Assembly (NCBI RefSeq): GCF_022045235.1
Contig: NW_027266297.1
Coordinates: 45,570,001-45,634,000, forward strand
From: Haliotis cracherodii
Taxonomy: Eukaryota
DNA length: 64,000 nucleotides
Reading direction: 5' to 3'
Positions 1 through 11,772 of this stretch are shown here, in pieces; positions within the stretch are counted from its first letter, which is position 1; the number at the start of each line of letters is the position of its first letter. The notes beneath the pieces are model-generated. The model was not told where the DNA came from and did no database searches. It saw only the letters and a list, made by a program, of their open reading frames with translations. The position numbers and the translations under genes are program-made.

Positions 1-558
1 CACAGTCCCAAGATAGATGACTGGGAAAGTACAGAAAAAGGCCATCAATTCATTGTTTAATAATGACAGACATAATTAAATATTTCTGACTTTACATTCA
101 AAACCACCAAATTTGGAGAAAAAATTACAAATTTTCAGGGCAGTCTTTAACTTCTCGACAAAGGTGTAAACATTTAATTAAAATCAGCCTCCAACGTAGC
201 TCACCACTGAAGGGAACAAGCAGCACATCACTTTCAGCTCCCCTTCTTATTTTGTACTATCAACCATTCTTTAAAGAGATCACTTTCATGAAATATTGTT
301 TGGCACTATTACCGTAGTTACATTTGTGGTTTTGATATATATCTGTAAAGATTGTACATAAAAGAGGGAGGTGTTAGTATTAAGGACAATATGCTCTTCA
401 CATAACATGATTTAAACTCAGCTTGTATTACAAATTCAGTGTATGTCAGGCTGACATTCACGTGGACATATGTGACAGATCTAAAGCAGTGTGTGTGGCA
501 GGACGTGGAGTCATCCCACAGATGACATCCTTACCTTGTCAGCTTGCTGACTGGGTTA

Positions 559-790
559 ACCTCTTTGGTCATGTGAACAAGGCGTCCGACCTTGGATCAG
601 AAGGTCCGTGGATCGAATCCCATCGCAGGACTCAGAAATTTTATGGCCTCTACATGTGCATAGCCAACAAATTGTAATCCCTTGAATCATAAACTGGCAT
701 CAATGTATGTCGAACCGGATACGTTTGATAAAGATCGCTATTTAATATCAGCCATTAAGTGTCATTTCCTTCAACAATACAACTATGGTC
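559..790 (+). mobile_element. tRNA-Gln(TTG)-like SINE head/pseudo-tRNA with downstream body
   Basis: Degenerate A box (tggtcatgtgaa), anticodon arm tccga-ccTTGga-tcaga, B box ggatcgaatcc; acceptor stem poor; boundaries approximate. Confidence 0.5.
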
Positions 791-1140
791 CTGAATAATT
801 ACACTTCTGCTGGTGATCAAATGACCCCCTGCAAACCATCTCACATAAACATTAAAGGGACATAACTCTACACCTACTGTGGACTGAGATTTAAACTCAT
901 CATGGAGGCACCACTAAAATATGACTGACTACTTTGTCATATGTGATAAAAATTACAACACAAAGTTGAATAAATTATTTTGAGAAGTGCATCTCAAAAG
1001 AATGAGAATTTTCAGATTTATTTGGTTTTGAGTTTGAACCTCTGGCATTACTGACACTGCATGTTGGTGACTAAACATTCAGAAGTAACTTACAAAAATG
1101 CTATTTATATTTTTATTCCAGCCACCAAACCAAACCAAGA

Positions 1141-1622
1141 CAGAGCTCCAGATAAGCTTTTGGTGTTGTGGGTATTTTACCCATGCATTTTAAAATCATT
1201 GGGTATCAGTAATTCTATCTGGGTATTCAAATTTCTGTTATCCACTAGTTTTTACACATGTGGGTATTAAAGTTAATTATTTAAAAACACTATTCATCTA
1301 GTCCCTGCAAACTGGTGTTCGAGAGCTTTATAGGACTAAAAAATACCACGATACTTCCACAAGAAAGTGATGGCAAATGATCATGATGTAGCTGTCATCT
1401 TGGAGTTTGGCAAGGTTGACGGAATGCCCGTTTATAATTTGAAATAAGTTGCTGATTTGCTAATCGAATACGCAGGGTTACTTCACAATATTTTGATGTT
1501 ACGCACAAGTTTTATTTTTTGGCGTATCTGTAATGTTCGTTGCATATTTGATACGCTTGGATTTTATTTTACTGCGTACTTCTGCATTTCTGATGCAGAT
1601 ATGCAGCTTATCTGGAGCTCTG
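1141..1622. mobile_element. Non-autonomous TIR element (hAT-like MITE) with 5-bp TSD
   Basis: TIR cagagctccagataagct ... agcttatctggagctctg; caaga directly flanks both ends. Confidence 0.75.
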
Positions 1623-2243
1623 CAAGATATTATAAATAGGAAGACTACCTAACACACTTCAAAACATTAACACAGAATCAATGAACCACAAAAAAAACAA
1701 ATTAACTCATTCCTGCTACATCAAAGTCCTGCGAGCCACTAATCCCTACACCAGGAGGAAATTCCCCCATACAACAAGCATTGCTAGTCACTAATCCCCC
1801 CCATGTATGTGAACGTGCTACACAATATTGCATTCCCAGCCAGCCAAGTAGTCAATATCTAACTGTATGGCCTGCCTGGACTACACTTATATATTGCTTG
1901 ACAGACCCAACATGAAACCTATGCGATGTGTGCTGATTCAGTCAGCGTGTACACAATAACTGAACATATATATCACTTATTGATGTTGTTAAGGATGGAC
2001 CTAGGAATGGAACTATTTCTCAACTAGTAATCAGAACTTGATATACAAAGACACTCTAGTCAATATGAAGGAATTGATTTCCAATGGACTGCTGAGTTTC
2101 TTAATGAAAACAAAGGTATTAAAATCAGTCAGTATTGATTCAATCAACTTACAAAAGGTACAATGTCTGATACAGTTAACTTAGGGAAAAGAGTTTATGA
2201 ATATAAGACACTTCTTATGGATAGGAACTTCTTTTATTCTTTG

Positions 2244-2285
2244 TCACAACGTTTCAGAGCTACATCTTGTTCCTTCATCAGGTGA
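2244..2285 (-). ncRNA. Degenerate minimal type I hammerhead ribozyme (Penelope-like element remnant)
   Basis: Minus strand: tcac-CTGATGA-aggaacaagatgtagctct-GAAAC-GTT-gtga, with aataaa just downstream; helix I tcac/gtga; helix II mismatched. Confidence 0.5.
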
Positions 2286-2839
2286 ATGATGAGTATGTGC
2301 ATAGAGTTACTATAACAACACAAGGTGGGATGAATGTGTATAATGACGAAGCCAATGGGACTGACAGGAGAAAAGGGTTTAGTTCATGTCTGCAAATGTG
2401 TTTGTTACTGATATTTAGGCAAATGCACATATACGTTACTCAAGGTCAAAAGTGATGCAAACTGACAAATTAACTTTGATAACTTTTAAATTCATAGAGA
2501 ATTATATCAATATTGCCACAGGGCCATGGATAGCCATACTAATACTGGCTGTACTGATCACATTAAAAAAAGAGAAGGGAGGACACCTCCGCTGATCGAA
2601 AACCGAACAATTTTCTACCCCTCTATGCTGCAACCGCTATTTCAGTCATTTCCGTGTTAATAAAAATTTTTTTACAAAAGCTAGGTTAAAACAAAAGTAT
2701 TTTAACTTCATGTTAGATCTCAAATTATTGCTACATTTATTTTTCCTTGACTTATAATTAATGTGGAAGTTCAATGTTGTCGTTACGAACACCAAGACGC
2801 CCGGAAGTGCTACTCGCTCCGTATGTTACTCACTAAAAC

Positions 2840-2980
2840 ATGCGAAAAACAATGGTGACACAACCAAGCGACTCAATCATAAATGCGGCTGTTTATGGGC
2901 ATAATTTCCTTATTTTAGGCCAGGCAGGGACAGGCAAAAGTCACGAGCTGAGGAAAATTGTATCTGTACTAGGAAACGAG
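2840..2980 (+). pseudogene. Truncated PIF1-like (SF1B) helicase N-terminal fragment
   Basis: GHNFLILGQAGTGKSHELRKIV resembles the PIF1 motif I/Walker A region; the ORF runs into a tandem array and stops; ETS-like ccggaagtg at ~2801. Confidence 0.55.
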
Positions 2981-3283
2981 GAACTGGTCACTAGGGTACT
3001 AACAGTACGCCCCCTGACTAGAACTGGTCACTAGGGTACTAACAGTATGCCCCCTGACTGGAACTGGTCACTAGGGTACTAACAGTACGCCCCCTGACTA
3101 GAACTGGTCACTAGGGTACTAACAGTATGCCCCTTGACTAGAACTGGTCACTAGGGTACTAACAGTCCGTCCTCTGACTAGAACTGGTCGTCACTAGGGT
3201 ACTAACAGTCCGTCCTCTGACTAGAACTGGTCACTAGGGTACTAACAGTCCGTCCTCTGACTAGAACTGGTCACTAGGGTACT
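2981..3283. repeat. 40-bp minisatellite (~7.5 copies)
   Basis: Unit gaactggtcactagggtactaacagtacgcccccctgacta. Confidence 0.95.
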
Positions 3284-3289
3284 GCCGCT

Positions 3290-3593
3290 AATCATTGTTA
3301 TCAACGAGCTACTTTCTGTCTTGTGTTGTTCAAGATCAACTCAATCATTGTTATCAACGAGCTACTTTCTGTCTTGTGTTGTTCAAGATCAACTCAATCA
3401 TTGTTATCAATGGACTTTTTTCTGTCTTGTGTTTTTCAAGATCAACTCAATCAGTGTTATCAATGGACTACTTTCTGTCTTGTGTTGTTCAAGATCAACT
3501 CAATCATTGTTATCAATGGACTAATTTCTGTCTTGTGTTTTTCAAGATCAACTCAATCATTGTTATCAATGGACCTCTTTCTGTCTTGTGTTG
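3290..3593. repeat. 53-bp minisatellite (~6 copies)
   Basis: Unit aatcattgttatcaacgagctactttctgtcttgtgttgttcaagatcaactc. Confidence 0.95.
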
Positions 3594-4744
3594 TCTTTAC
3601 TCACCGTAACTTTCATCAACTCAACATTTCTCAAAATGAATGCTACCTTCTTGCAGCTAAAGAACATAAATCTATACATCAATACTGTCAATGAATAATT
3701 TAAATCTAATCCTGGATCTCATTCGACAACGTAACTGTTGATAAGACAAACCAATTGTAGGTTTGAGTGAATGGGAGACATAGTACTTATATTTCTCATA
3801 TTATCTAAGAGTCAAGAACATTTTTTCATAGATGATACTAGGATCAGACCAATATGACCAAACTGATGAAATCATCTTAAAAGCACTAATTTTGTTCCAT
3901 TCTGCAAAATGCATTCTTACATGTTTACCACAAAAATTTTGAAGATCAATATGTTTAATGGCTACACCGATGGCTAGATTGAATACTGGTCACATGGCAG
4001 CTTATTCAAATATCTGTAACTGTTTTAATAACTCCTACCTACCTACCTACCAACAAAAAAAGGCCAAATGCAGGTGTATTCAATATCCTGGCACTACCAC
4101 CTCCTCTATGTGTTTATCAAGTTAATTGCTACTGATGAACAGATTGTTGTGTGATTTGAAAACTAACTTTTCCAGCAAAACAAAATCAAATACATAACTG
4201 TACAAACATCCACTTTAGTCAGGGTCGAGAAAATAATGTCTGCTACAAGTTCACCCACATTTCTTAAGGAATAGGGCACTAGGTCATCTAGTTCATTGGA
4301 CATTCCTTGTTGTTTGCATGATGTGAGTAGCTGAAAAAAAATCAATAATAAAAAACAAAGCATCCAACTGTTACCACGGTCACCTGTTCTTCAGAATCCA
4401 TAAATAACCCAATAAACATATTTAGCGACTGAACCAAAGGCCCCTCTTGGCTTGTCAACCTTCATCTTTGATAACAGCTTGATGGCAACACTGACCTGGG
4501 ACTCATAGTGTTTGACCAATACAGACCTTATTGATTACTGAATCCGGATAATGTTAGTTACTCATTCAATGTTCATGAGGGCTACTTGTTTAGCTAATTA
4601 CTCTTATGACAGTAATTGCTGGGCAAATTATCAATAATGAAAAGAAAACAGTGTTCCCATCAAGCTATTTAATTCCTTGTGTCCAAGGTGAATGTGTACA
4701 CAGCTTAGTTTGTGGTTGTCTCCTACAAGCCAGGTAATGGCTAT

Positions 4745-5072
4745 TTGTCATCCCAAACTGGCTCCCACAGGAGATATTGCTTGGGTGAGATCAAGCAATA
4801 TCTACACTGTAGATATGGCTGCAATGACAGCATCACAACCCTTTGCAGACCATTGGTTATACCATGACATCACAATCAAATGACATCACTAATGGCTCTG
4901 CTACTGAAGCTGTCAGCAGTACTGTTTACTGCTTATTTCCGAATAGAAACTGAAAAAGTTGGTAGAATGATGTTGGATGATAAATAAAATCTCATCCTCG
5001 TGTCTTTTGATATCGAATATAACAACACTTGTTGATATATGTGATATCAAAAGACACTCGGAAATTCTCTAT
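4745..5072. mobile_element. Interspersed hairpin-rich repeat; second copy at ~52295-52570
   Basis: aaactggctcccacaggagatat...tgacatcactaatggctctgctactgaagctg and atatcaaaagacactcgg shared between both loci. Confidence 0.65.
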
Positions 5073-5117
5073 ATCTTTGTATACATGCATATGAAATATA
5101 CAAGAGGGATTGATATA

Positions 5118-6327
5118 CGAGGGCTGGTTAAAATGTTCTAAGCCTAACTAACTTTAAACTATGGGCCATAACAAAATGAACTTGTCAATGAAGTACATTA
5201 TTTGAGTTCATTGCAAGTGTATTTGGTCTGTTGAGGCCATTTGTATATTGGTGACAGCCAGTTGACCGTGATAGGGGTAAAAATGGACATGGAATGAGTA
5301 CCAAGCAGTCATCAAGTTTTTGACTTCAGAGAAAAGTAAGTGTATTGGGGATACATGCCCTCGCTGTTCTACTGTTAAACGTTGGGCAACTATGTTTAAG
5401 GCTTGGAGAACAAGCCTTGATGATGACTCTAGGTTTGGACGTCCCTTAGTTTCCATCACTGAAGATTCAATCAATGAGATAGAAAAACTTATAAGCCATG
5501 GAGTAAGCCATGGATCCATTGAAACTATTATTCATGAACATTTACAGATGAATAAGATATCTGCTAGTTGGATGCCGAAGTTTTTAAATTCTGATCTTAA
5601 GGAAAAAAGAACTGACATTGCCAGAGAAAATTTAAAGCTACTTGAGGAGGATTTCATCAAATTCAAAGAGGTTAGTAACGGGTGATGAAACATGGGTCTA
5701 CCACTGTGATCCTAAGTAAAAAAATCAATCCCTGAAATGGCACCATTCCACTTCTCTGGCACCAAAGAAATTCAAGTCTTCAAGATCTGCGAAGAAAGTT
5801 ATAGCTACGTTATTATGGGATGCAAAGGCTGTGATCCTTGTTGATTGGTTAGAAAGTCAAAAGACGAATACCGGTGCCTACTATGCTGATTTGCTTCATC
5901 GCCTGAGATATTCTATCATAGAAAAGCGGTGAGGAATGCTGACTGCTGGAGTTCTACTATTTCATGACAAAGCTTTTTGTCACACCTCTCAACTTCCAAA
6001 GGTTGCTGTGCGACAATGTGGGTTCAAAGAGCTTCCTCACCCTCCATACTCGCCAGACCTGGCACCAAGTGATTTCCACCTGTTTCCTGATCTGAAAGAA
6101 CACCTTCGTGGAAAAGCTTTGATAACAATGATGACCTCAAAGCTGCAGTGAATGGGTATTTCAGGGTGGCTTAAGAAAACTTCTTCCTGACCGGTATTGA
6201 AAAGCTTCGCTATCGATACAAGAAGTGTATTGAAAAGCAGGGTGAGTATGTTGAAAAATAAAATTATAAACACTTTCACAATTGTTGATTTTGTTTGCTA
6301 GGCTCAGAACCTTTTGACCAGCCCTCA
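5118..6327 (+). mobile_element. Degenerate mariner (DD34D-type) transposon
   Basis: TIRs cgagggctggttaaaatgttctaagccta / taggctcagaaccttttgaccagccctca, TA TSD; transposase motifs WMPKFL, GDETWV, HPPYSPDLAPSDFHLFPDLK across frameshifts and stops. Confidence 0.92.
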
Positions 6328-6459
6328 TATTGTGAGACTCACATTAAAAGTCTTGACTATAGGACATTAAAATGATATATTTTTCAACATAAACTACTCC
6401 CACATTGACACAATTTTACAAACGATGGCAGAATTTCAGTAAATATTAGGTTGAATGCC

Positions 6460-7310
6460 GAGGGAGAAAGAGGATCATGGTTGCATGTCACGGGAGAAGA
6501 AGGATTATGGTTGCATGTCATGGGAGAAGAAGGATCATAGTTGCATGTCATGGGAGAAGAAGGATCATGGTTGCATATCATGGGAGAAGTAAGATCATGG
6601 TTGCATATCATGGGAGAAGAAGGATCATGGTTGCATGTCATGGAGAAGAAGGATCATGGTTGCATGTCATGGGAGAAGAAGGATCATGGTTGCATCTCAC
6701 GGGAGAAAAAGGGTCATGGTTGCATGTCATGGGAGAAGAAGGATCGTGGTTGCATCTCACGGGAGAAGAAGGATCATGGTTGCATGTCATGGGAGAAGAA
6801 GGATCATGGTTGCATCTCACGGGAGAAGAAGGATCATGGTTGCATGTCATGGGAGAAGAAGGATCATGGTTGTATGTCATGGGAGAAGAAGGATTATGGT
6901 TGCATATCATGGGAGAAGAAGGATCATGGTTGCATCTCACGGGAGAAGAAGGATCATGGTTGCATATCATGGGAGAAGAAGGATCATGGTTGTATGTCAT
7001 GGGAGAAGAAGGATCATGGTTGCATGTCATGGGAGAAGAAGGATCATGGTTGCATATCATGGGAGAAGAAGGATCATGGTTGTATGTCATGGGAGAAGAA
7101 GGATCATGGTTGCATGTCATGGGAGAAGATAGATCATGGTTGCATGTCATGGGAGAAGAAGGATCATGGTTGCATGTCATGGGAGAAGAAGGATCATGGT
7201 TGCATGTCATGGGAGAAGAAGGATCATGGTTGCATGTCATGGGAGAAGAAGGATCATGGTTGCATGTCATGGGAGAAGAAGGATCATGGTTGCATGTCAT
7301 GGGAGAAGGG
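6460..7310. repeat. 30-bp minisatellite (~28 copies)
   Basis: Unit gggagaagaaggatcatggttgcatgtcat. Confidence 0.97.
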
Positions 7311-8257
7311 CGTAAGATCTGGGTGGCTTTCCTTATTTTATACATAATATTTAGGATTACCTGAATAAAACTGAATACCTGCTGTAATAACCCAAATAAA
7401 TCAGAATTGTTGGTAATAATGAAAGTGGTTCCAATAATCAGCAGTTTGTTTTTGTATTTAGAACAGATATTATATTTTTCATATATTGTTGTTTAATGCT
7501 TCCATTCAAACCTAAGGGTATTTCAAGTTTGTGATTAAATATGTAAATAACAGTCAGTTAGCTTCTATTTGAAGCATCAAGATATCCAAGACATGGGACT
7601 TGAGGTTCAGTGGGAAGCACTGAAGTCTGTTAAACTGTGATCAAGCAGTTATAAAGTGAGTAAACTCAATCTCTCACCACCCAGCGTGTCTTGTCAACAA
7701 TATTGGGTATTACACTTTAATCCTTGTGATTGATCAAACATCAATGCAAAGAGAAATAAGAGATTGTCGGAACAATGTACAGCTCAGCATGCGATCACAG
7801 ATATGTCTCGGAGCTGAACGACCTCCATTGCAACAAATGTACAGGATAAAGGACATTCATGAACATTACCACGACCACAACTGGAAGTGTGGGAGCGTCA
7901 TGGTCCACTGGCTATGTTCTGTGTACACATGGCTGTGGTTGCTCCTAGACAGGGGGATCGACTTTGGTAAAGAAATCAGTCTCTATTGCTACCACAAGCA
8001 GAGGCAAAACATAGCCTCAATAAGAACAACCTGGATCTCTACGCTGACATTGTCATGACAAATTAAGTTGTAGTGTGTGAAGTGAGAACATGATCCCTGC
8101 CTGCCGGGGAGGAGTCCCCATGAGCTAGGTGACCGCTACACCGACTCCCACTGACCTGTCTAGTCAGCCATGGGGACACCTGATAACAAGAACCTGGTTA
8201 CAACAATAGCACTGACACATGGGTGAAACCTAGCCAGGGCTATAAGACAAAGTGTGG

Positions 8258-9328
8258 TGTGTTTGTTTGTTTGTTTGTTGTTTTACTTTGCACTCAGCAA
8301 TATTCCAACTATATGACGGCAGTCTGTAAATAACCAAGTCTGGACCAGACAATCAAGTGATTGACATCATGAGCAGAGAACTACGCAATTGAGATATGAT
8401 GATATGCATCAAACTAAGTCAGCAAGCATGACCAGCTGATCCTGTTAGTCAACTCTTACGACAAGCATGACCAGCTGATCACGTTAGTCAACTCTTACGA
8501 CAAGCATGACCAGCTGATCCTGTTAGTCAACTCTTACGACAAGCATGACCAGATGATCCTGTTAGTCAACTCTTACGACAAGCATGACCAGCTGATCACG
8601 TTAGTCAACTCTTACGACAAGCATGACCAGCTGATCCTGTTAGTCAACTCTTACAACAAGCATGGGTTGCTGATCCCGTTAGTTAACTCTTACGACAAGC
8701 ATGACCAGATGATCCTGTTAGTCAACTCTTACGACAAGCATGACCAGCTGATCCCGTTGGTCAACTCTTACGACAAGCATGACCAGCTGATCCCATTAGT
8801 CAACTCTTATGACAAGCATGACCAGCTGATCCCGTTGGTCAACTCTTACGACAAGCATGACCAGCTGATCCTGTTGGTCAACTCTTACGACAAGCATGGG
8901 TTGCTGATCCTGTTAGTCAACTCTTACAACAAGCATGACCAGCTGATTCCATAAGTCAACTCTTTCGACAAGCAAGACCAACTGATCCTGTTAGTCAACT
9001 CTTACGACAAGCATGGGTTGCTGATCCCGTTAGTCAACTCTTACGACAAGCATGACCAGCTGATCCTGTTAGTCAACTCTTACGACAAGCATGACCAGAT
9101 GATCCTGTTAGTCAACTCTTACGACAAGCATGGGTTGCTGATCCCATTGGTCAACTCTTACGACAAGCATGACCAGCTGATCCCATTAGTCAACTCTTAC
9201 GACAAACATGACCAGCTGATCCTGTTAATCAACTCTTACGACAAGCATGGGTTGCTGATCCCGTTAGTCAACTCTTACGACAAACATGGGTTGCTGAAGA
9301 CCAAGTGTAACCGGGATGTTCATGGGTC
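8258..9328 (-). mobile_element. SINE-like element (same family as 41553-41828) with an internal 39-bp tandem expansion
   Basis: (gttt)n tail, body gcactcagcaatattcca...tctggaccagacaatc and 5' head ...gttgctgaagacc...catgggtc match the 41.6-kb copy. Confidence 0.8.
8423..9290. repeat. 39-bp minisatellite (~22 copies) derived from the SINE head
   Basis: Unit gacaagcatgaccagctgatcccgttagtcaactcttac. Confidence 0.95.
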
Positions 9329-11428
9329 ACTAAGTGTGGTAGGGAGGTGGGAACAAATAATTAACTACCAGAATGCCAATCAAGGGCTTTATGAAAATTT
9401 GTATTGAAAAGTCCACAAGCAGTACTTGGTACTTGTTGAGGGATTCATGAAAGAACAACACATTTGGGAGGGTGCCACCGGGCAATATAAATTGTCTGAT
9501 GTCATGATAAGTCAACATTATGAGGACAACTTGTGTCCTGATGTGGAGCATGAGATATTCTGTTCCTTCTGAAATGGTACATGCGACACAATATAATTTA
9601 AAATGTATTCTGTAATAACAACTTGATTCGTATGGCAGAATAACTGATGACGAGGCAGTGATCTGACATAATTCAGTTTAACACTATGAGCTGATTGTGA
9701 AGCTAGTTTCTGTCAGACAAGGAACTGCTTCTCCGTGGGGGCACATGAGCTTGTGTCTGATGGCGTGAACCATGACTGATCCTGTGACAACCTGTGATTG
9801 TGTGTGACTCTTTACACTTATCTAATTCATGTCTTTACACACTATAATTCATCTTTCTATATCGATTCATTGAGTGATATATCACATATTTAACGTATAT
9901 TCATTGACAAGAGGATACTTTCCAAGTCAAGTCTTCACACCTCATCTGTAAACCCTCTAGGCCTCTGATACAGGCTGACATTTCCCTTAACACACCATCA
10001 CATAACTGAAATAGTTTGCTGTAGGAAGAAGGCCTGGGAGGGTAACTTGGGTTGGGAGGCCCTGAGTAGTACCGGGGTACTCCCCGGACCACTCAGACCA
10101 ATGATGATAAAGTGGTTACACAACTAATCACTAATGTTCACATTCCTTCTGACTATGCATGCATTCCTTCTGACTTTTATATGCTTTAGTAAAGATAAAG
10201 CTTCTGTCAGCTTCAGTGTATGCACCATCTTCAGATCATTTTATATGTGTATCTAAACAGTTTTATTCTAGGGGTGCTGTAAAACAATCCAAGGATTGGG
10301 TAATAGGGATCAGGTACCATGTAGTAAATCTGGACTCATCCCAGCCCTGGTAGGAAGGGTCATCTGAATATATGGCTGATGTTACAATTTTTTAATGTGA
10401 AGTTTACATGATATATAGCTTTTCCATTAGACGAAAGGTCGGTCACATGACTGCGAAACTGAAGTTCATAAGTGTATGAACGACAAAATTTGACGTCAAT
10501 ATGTTTTTCATTAGACTGTATTCTTGAAATGACGTAAAAGCTGACAAACTATTTACACATTCCTGGGGAAATTGATTACATGCCCGTTCAAGGATATGCT
10601 GGCTAAAACCCACCCTAGAGAACAAAACTTAGAAAATCACATCCAAACTATCATAGTATTGACTCGATCCGTGTCTAGACTACAGTGGCAGTCTACAGCA
10701 ATCTATGAATTTACCTTAGTAACTATTGGACAAATCTTCACAATCACCTTTTAATGATTGGCCAATTGATCAGTGATGATTAACACTTGTAACAGCCACA
10801 GGTTCATGAACAACTTCAGTATCTCTCCCATCACGTTTGTCGTGTCAGCCATTTTGACGTTTGTACTTGATGTAAATGTATTACAACGCGCTATCGCAGT
10901 GACTGACTTACTGAGGTAGTTCTTAACAGACTTTTCTTATTTAATGAGCATATCATTTGAATATATTTGATGTAAAGAAACTACAAAAGTTGTTCCTGTA
11001 GAGCATGTTGAGCATACATACGCCTCTCGTTTTGAGCAACTATTTTAATCTGCGATAAAGATGGTTTTTGTATTACTGTCAGTGTAAACATGAAGTCACA
11101 TGTACTAAATATAATTTGTATAGATGTAGGTCTACATCCCATCAGCTAAAACATAGCGTTTATAAGAACAAAATTATAAGAATTGACTTTCACTTTGGCT
11201 GGGCTAATGTGTCTATGCATAGTCTAATCCAAATTGCCTAACAAAATCGACATCAGCTTTGTAAACTGCTGTGCATTGCAGGATTCACAAAGCATGTGTA
11301 CCCCCAACTTGACATCAACAGATATCTTCCAAATCATTTCATGTTTTTAATCAAGGTGCTCACATGACTTGATGCACTTTGCTAAGTAAGACCTGTTTTA
11401 TCACAATATAGAATTAGATTATTGATCA

Positions 11429-11772
11429 GGACCCGGTTGTATCAAACTTTAATGATGCATTAAAGTGTCATTAAACCTTCATTAACTAATGTATCATTAA
11501 ATCCAGTTGTACAAACGTTTTAATTTTTTAAGCGAGTGATAAACTTAAGGTTCTGGGGCATCATTAGCGTGTCATTAAAAACAAACATGCCATAACATAT
11601 TGTTTGAATGCTTAGGATGCACAAGGAAAGACCGTATTTTCAGAAAACGAAATCATCACCTCGAATCCATGAGCGATGAAGAAGTAAGGGCCCGCTACCA
11701 TTTTGGGAAGGCAAGCATCTGATATATCTGCGATCTTGTGAGAGATGAACTACAGCCCAAATGTGCAAGATC
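11429..11772 (+). mobile_element. PIF/Harbinger transposon 5' fragment
   Basis: Terminus ggacccggttgtatcaaac; translation FRKRNHHLESMSDEEVRARYHFGKASI*YICDLVRDELQPKCARS resembles the HARBI1-type nuclease N-terminus. Confidence 0.6.

Noticed and set aside
559-632. Functional tRNA genes here and at ~21880-21985, ~46600-46655, ~59225-59300
   Set aside because: Cloverleaves are degenerate and attached to SINE bodies or tails
4163-4363. Possible minus-strand exon after a strong polypyrimidine/CAG acceptor
   Set aside because: No recognisable homology and no convincing donor; cannot be tied to the 18.1-kb exon
6384-7364. Long ORFs in several frames (also 8553-9407, 13798-14518, 32622-33833, 35037-36008, 50006-51587, 61628-62081)
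   Set aside because: Perfectly periodic translations of minisatellites whose units lack stops; no splice or homology support
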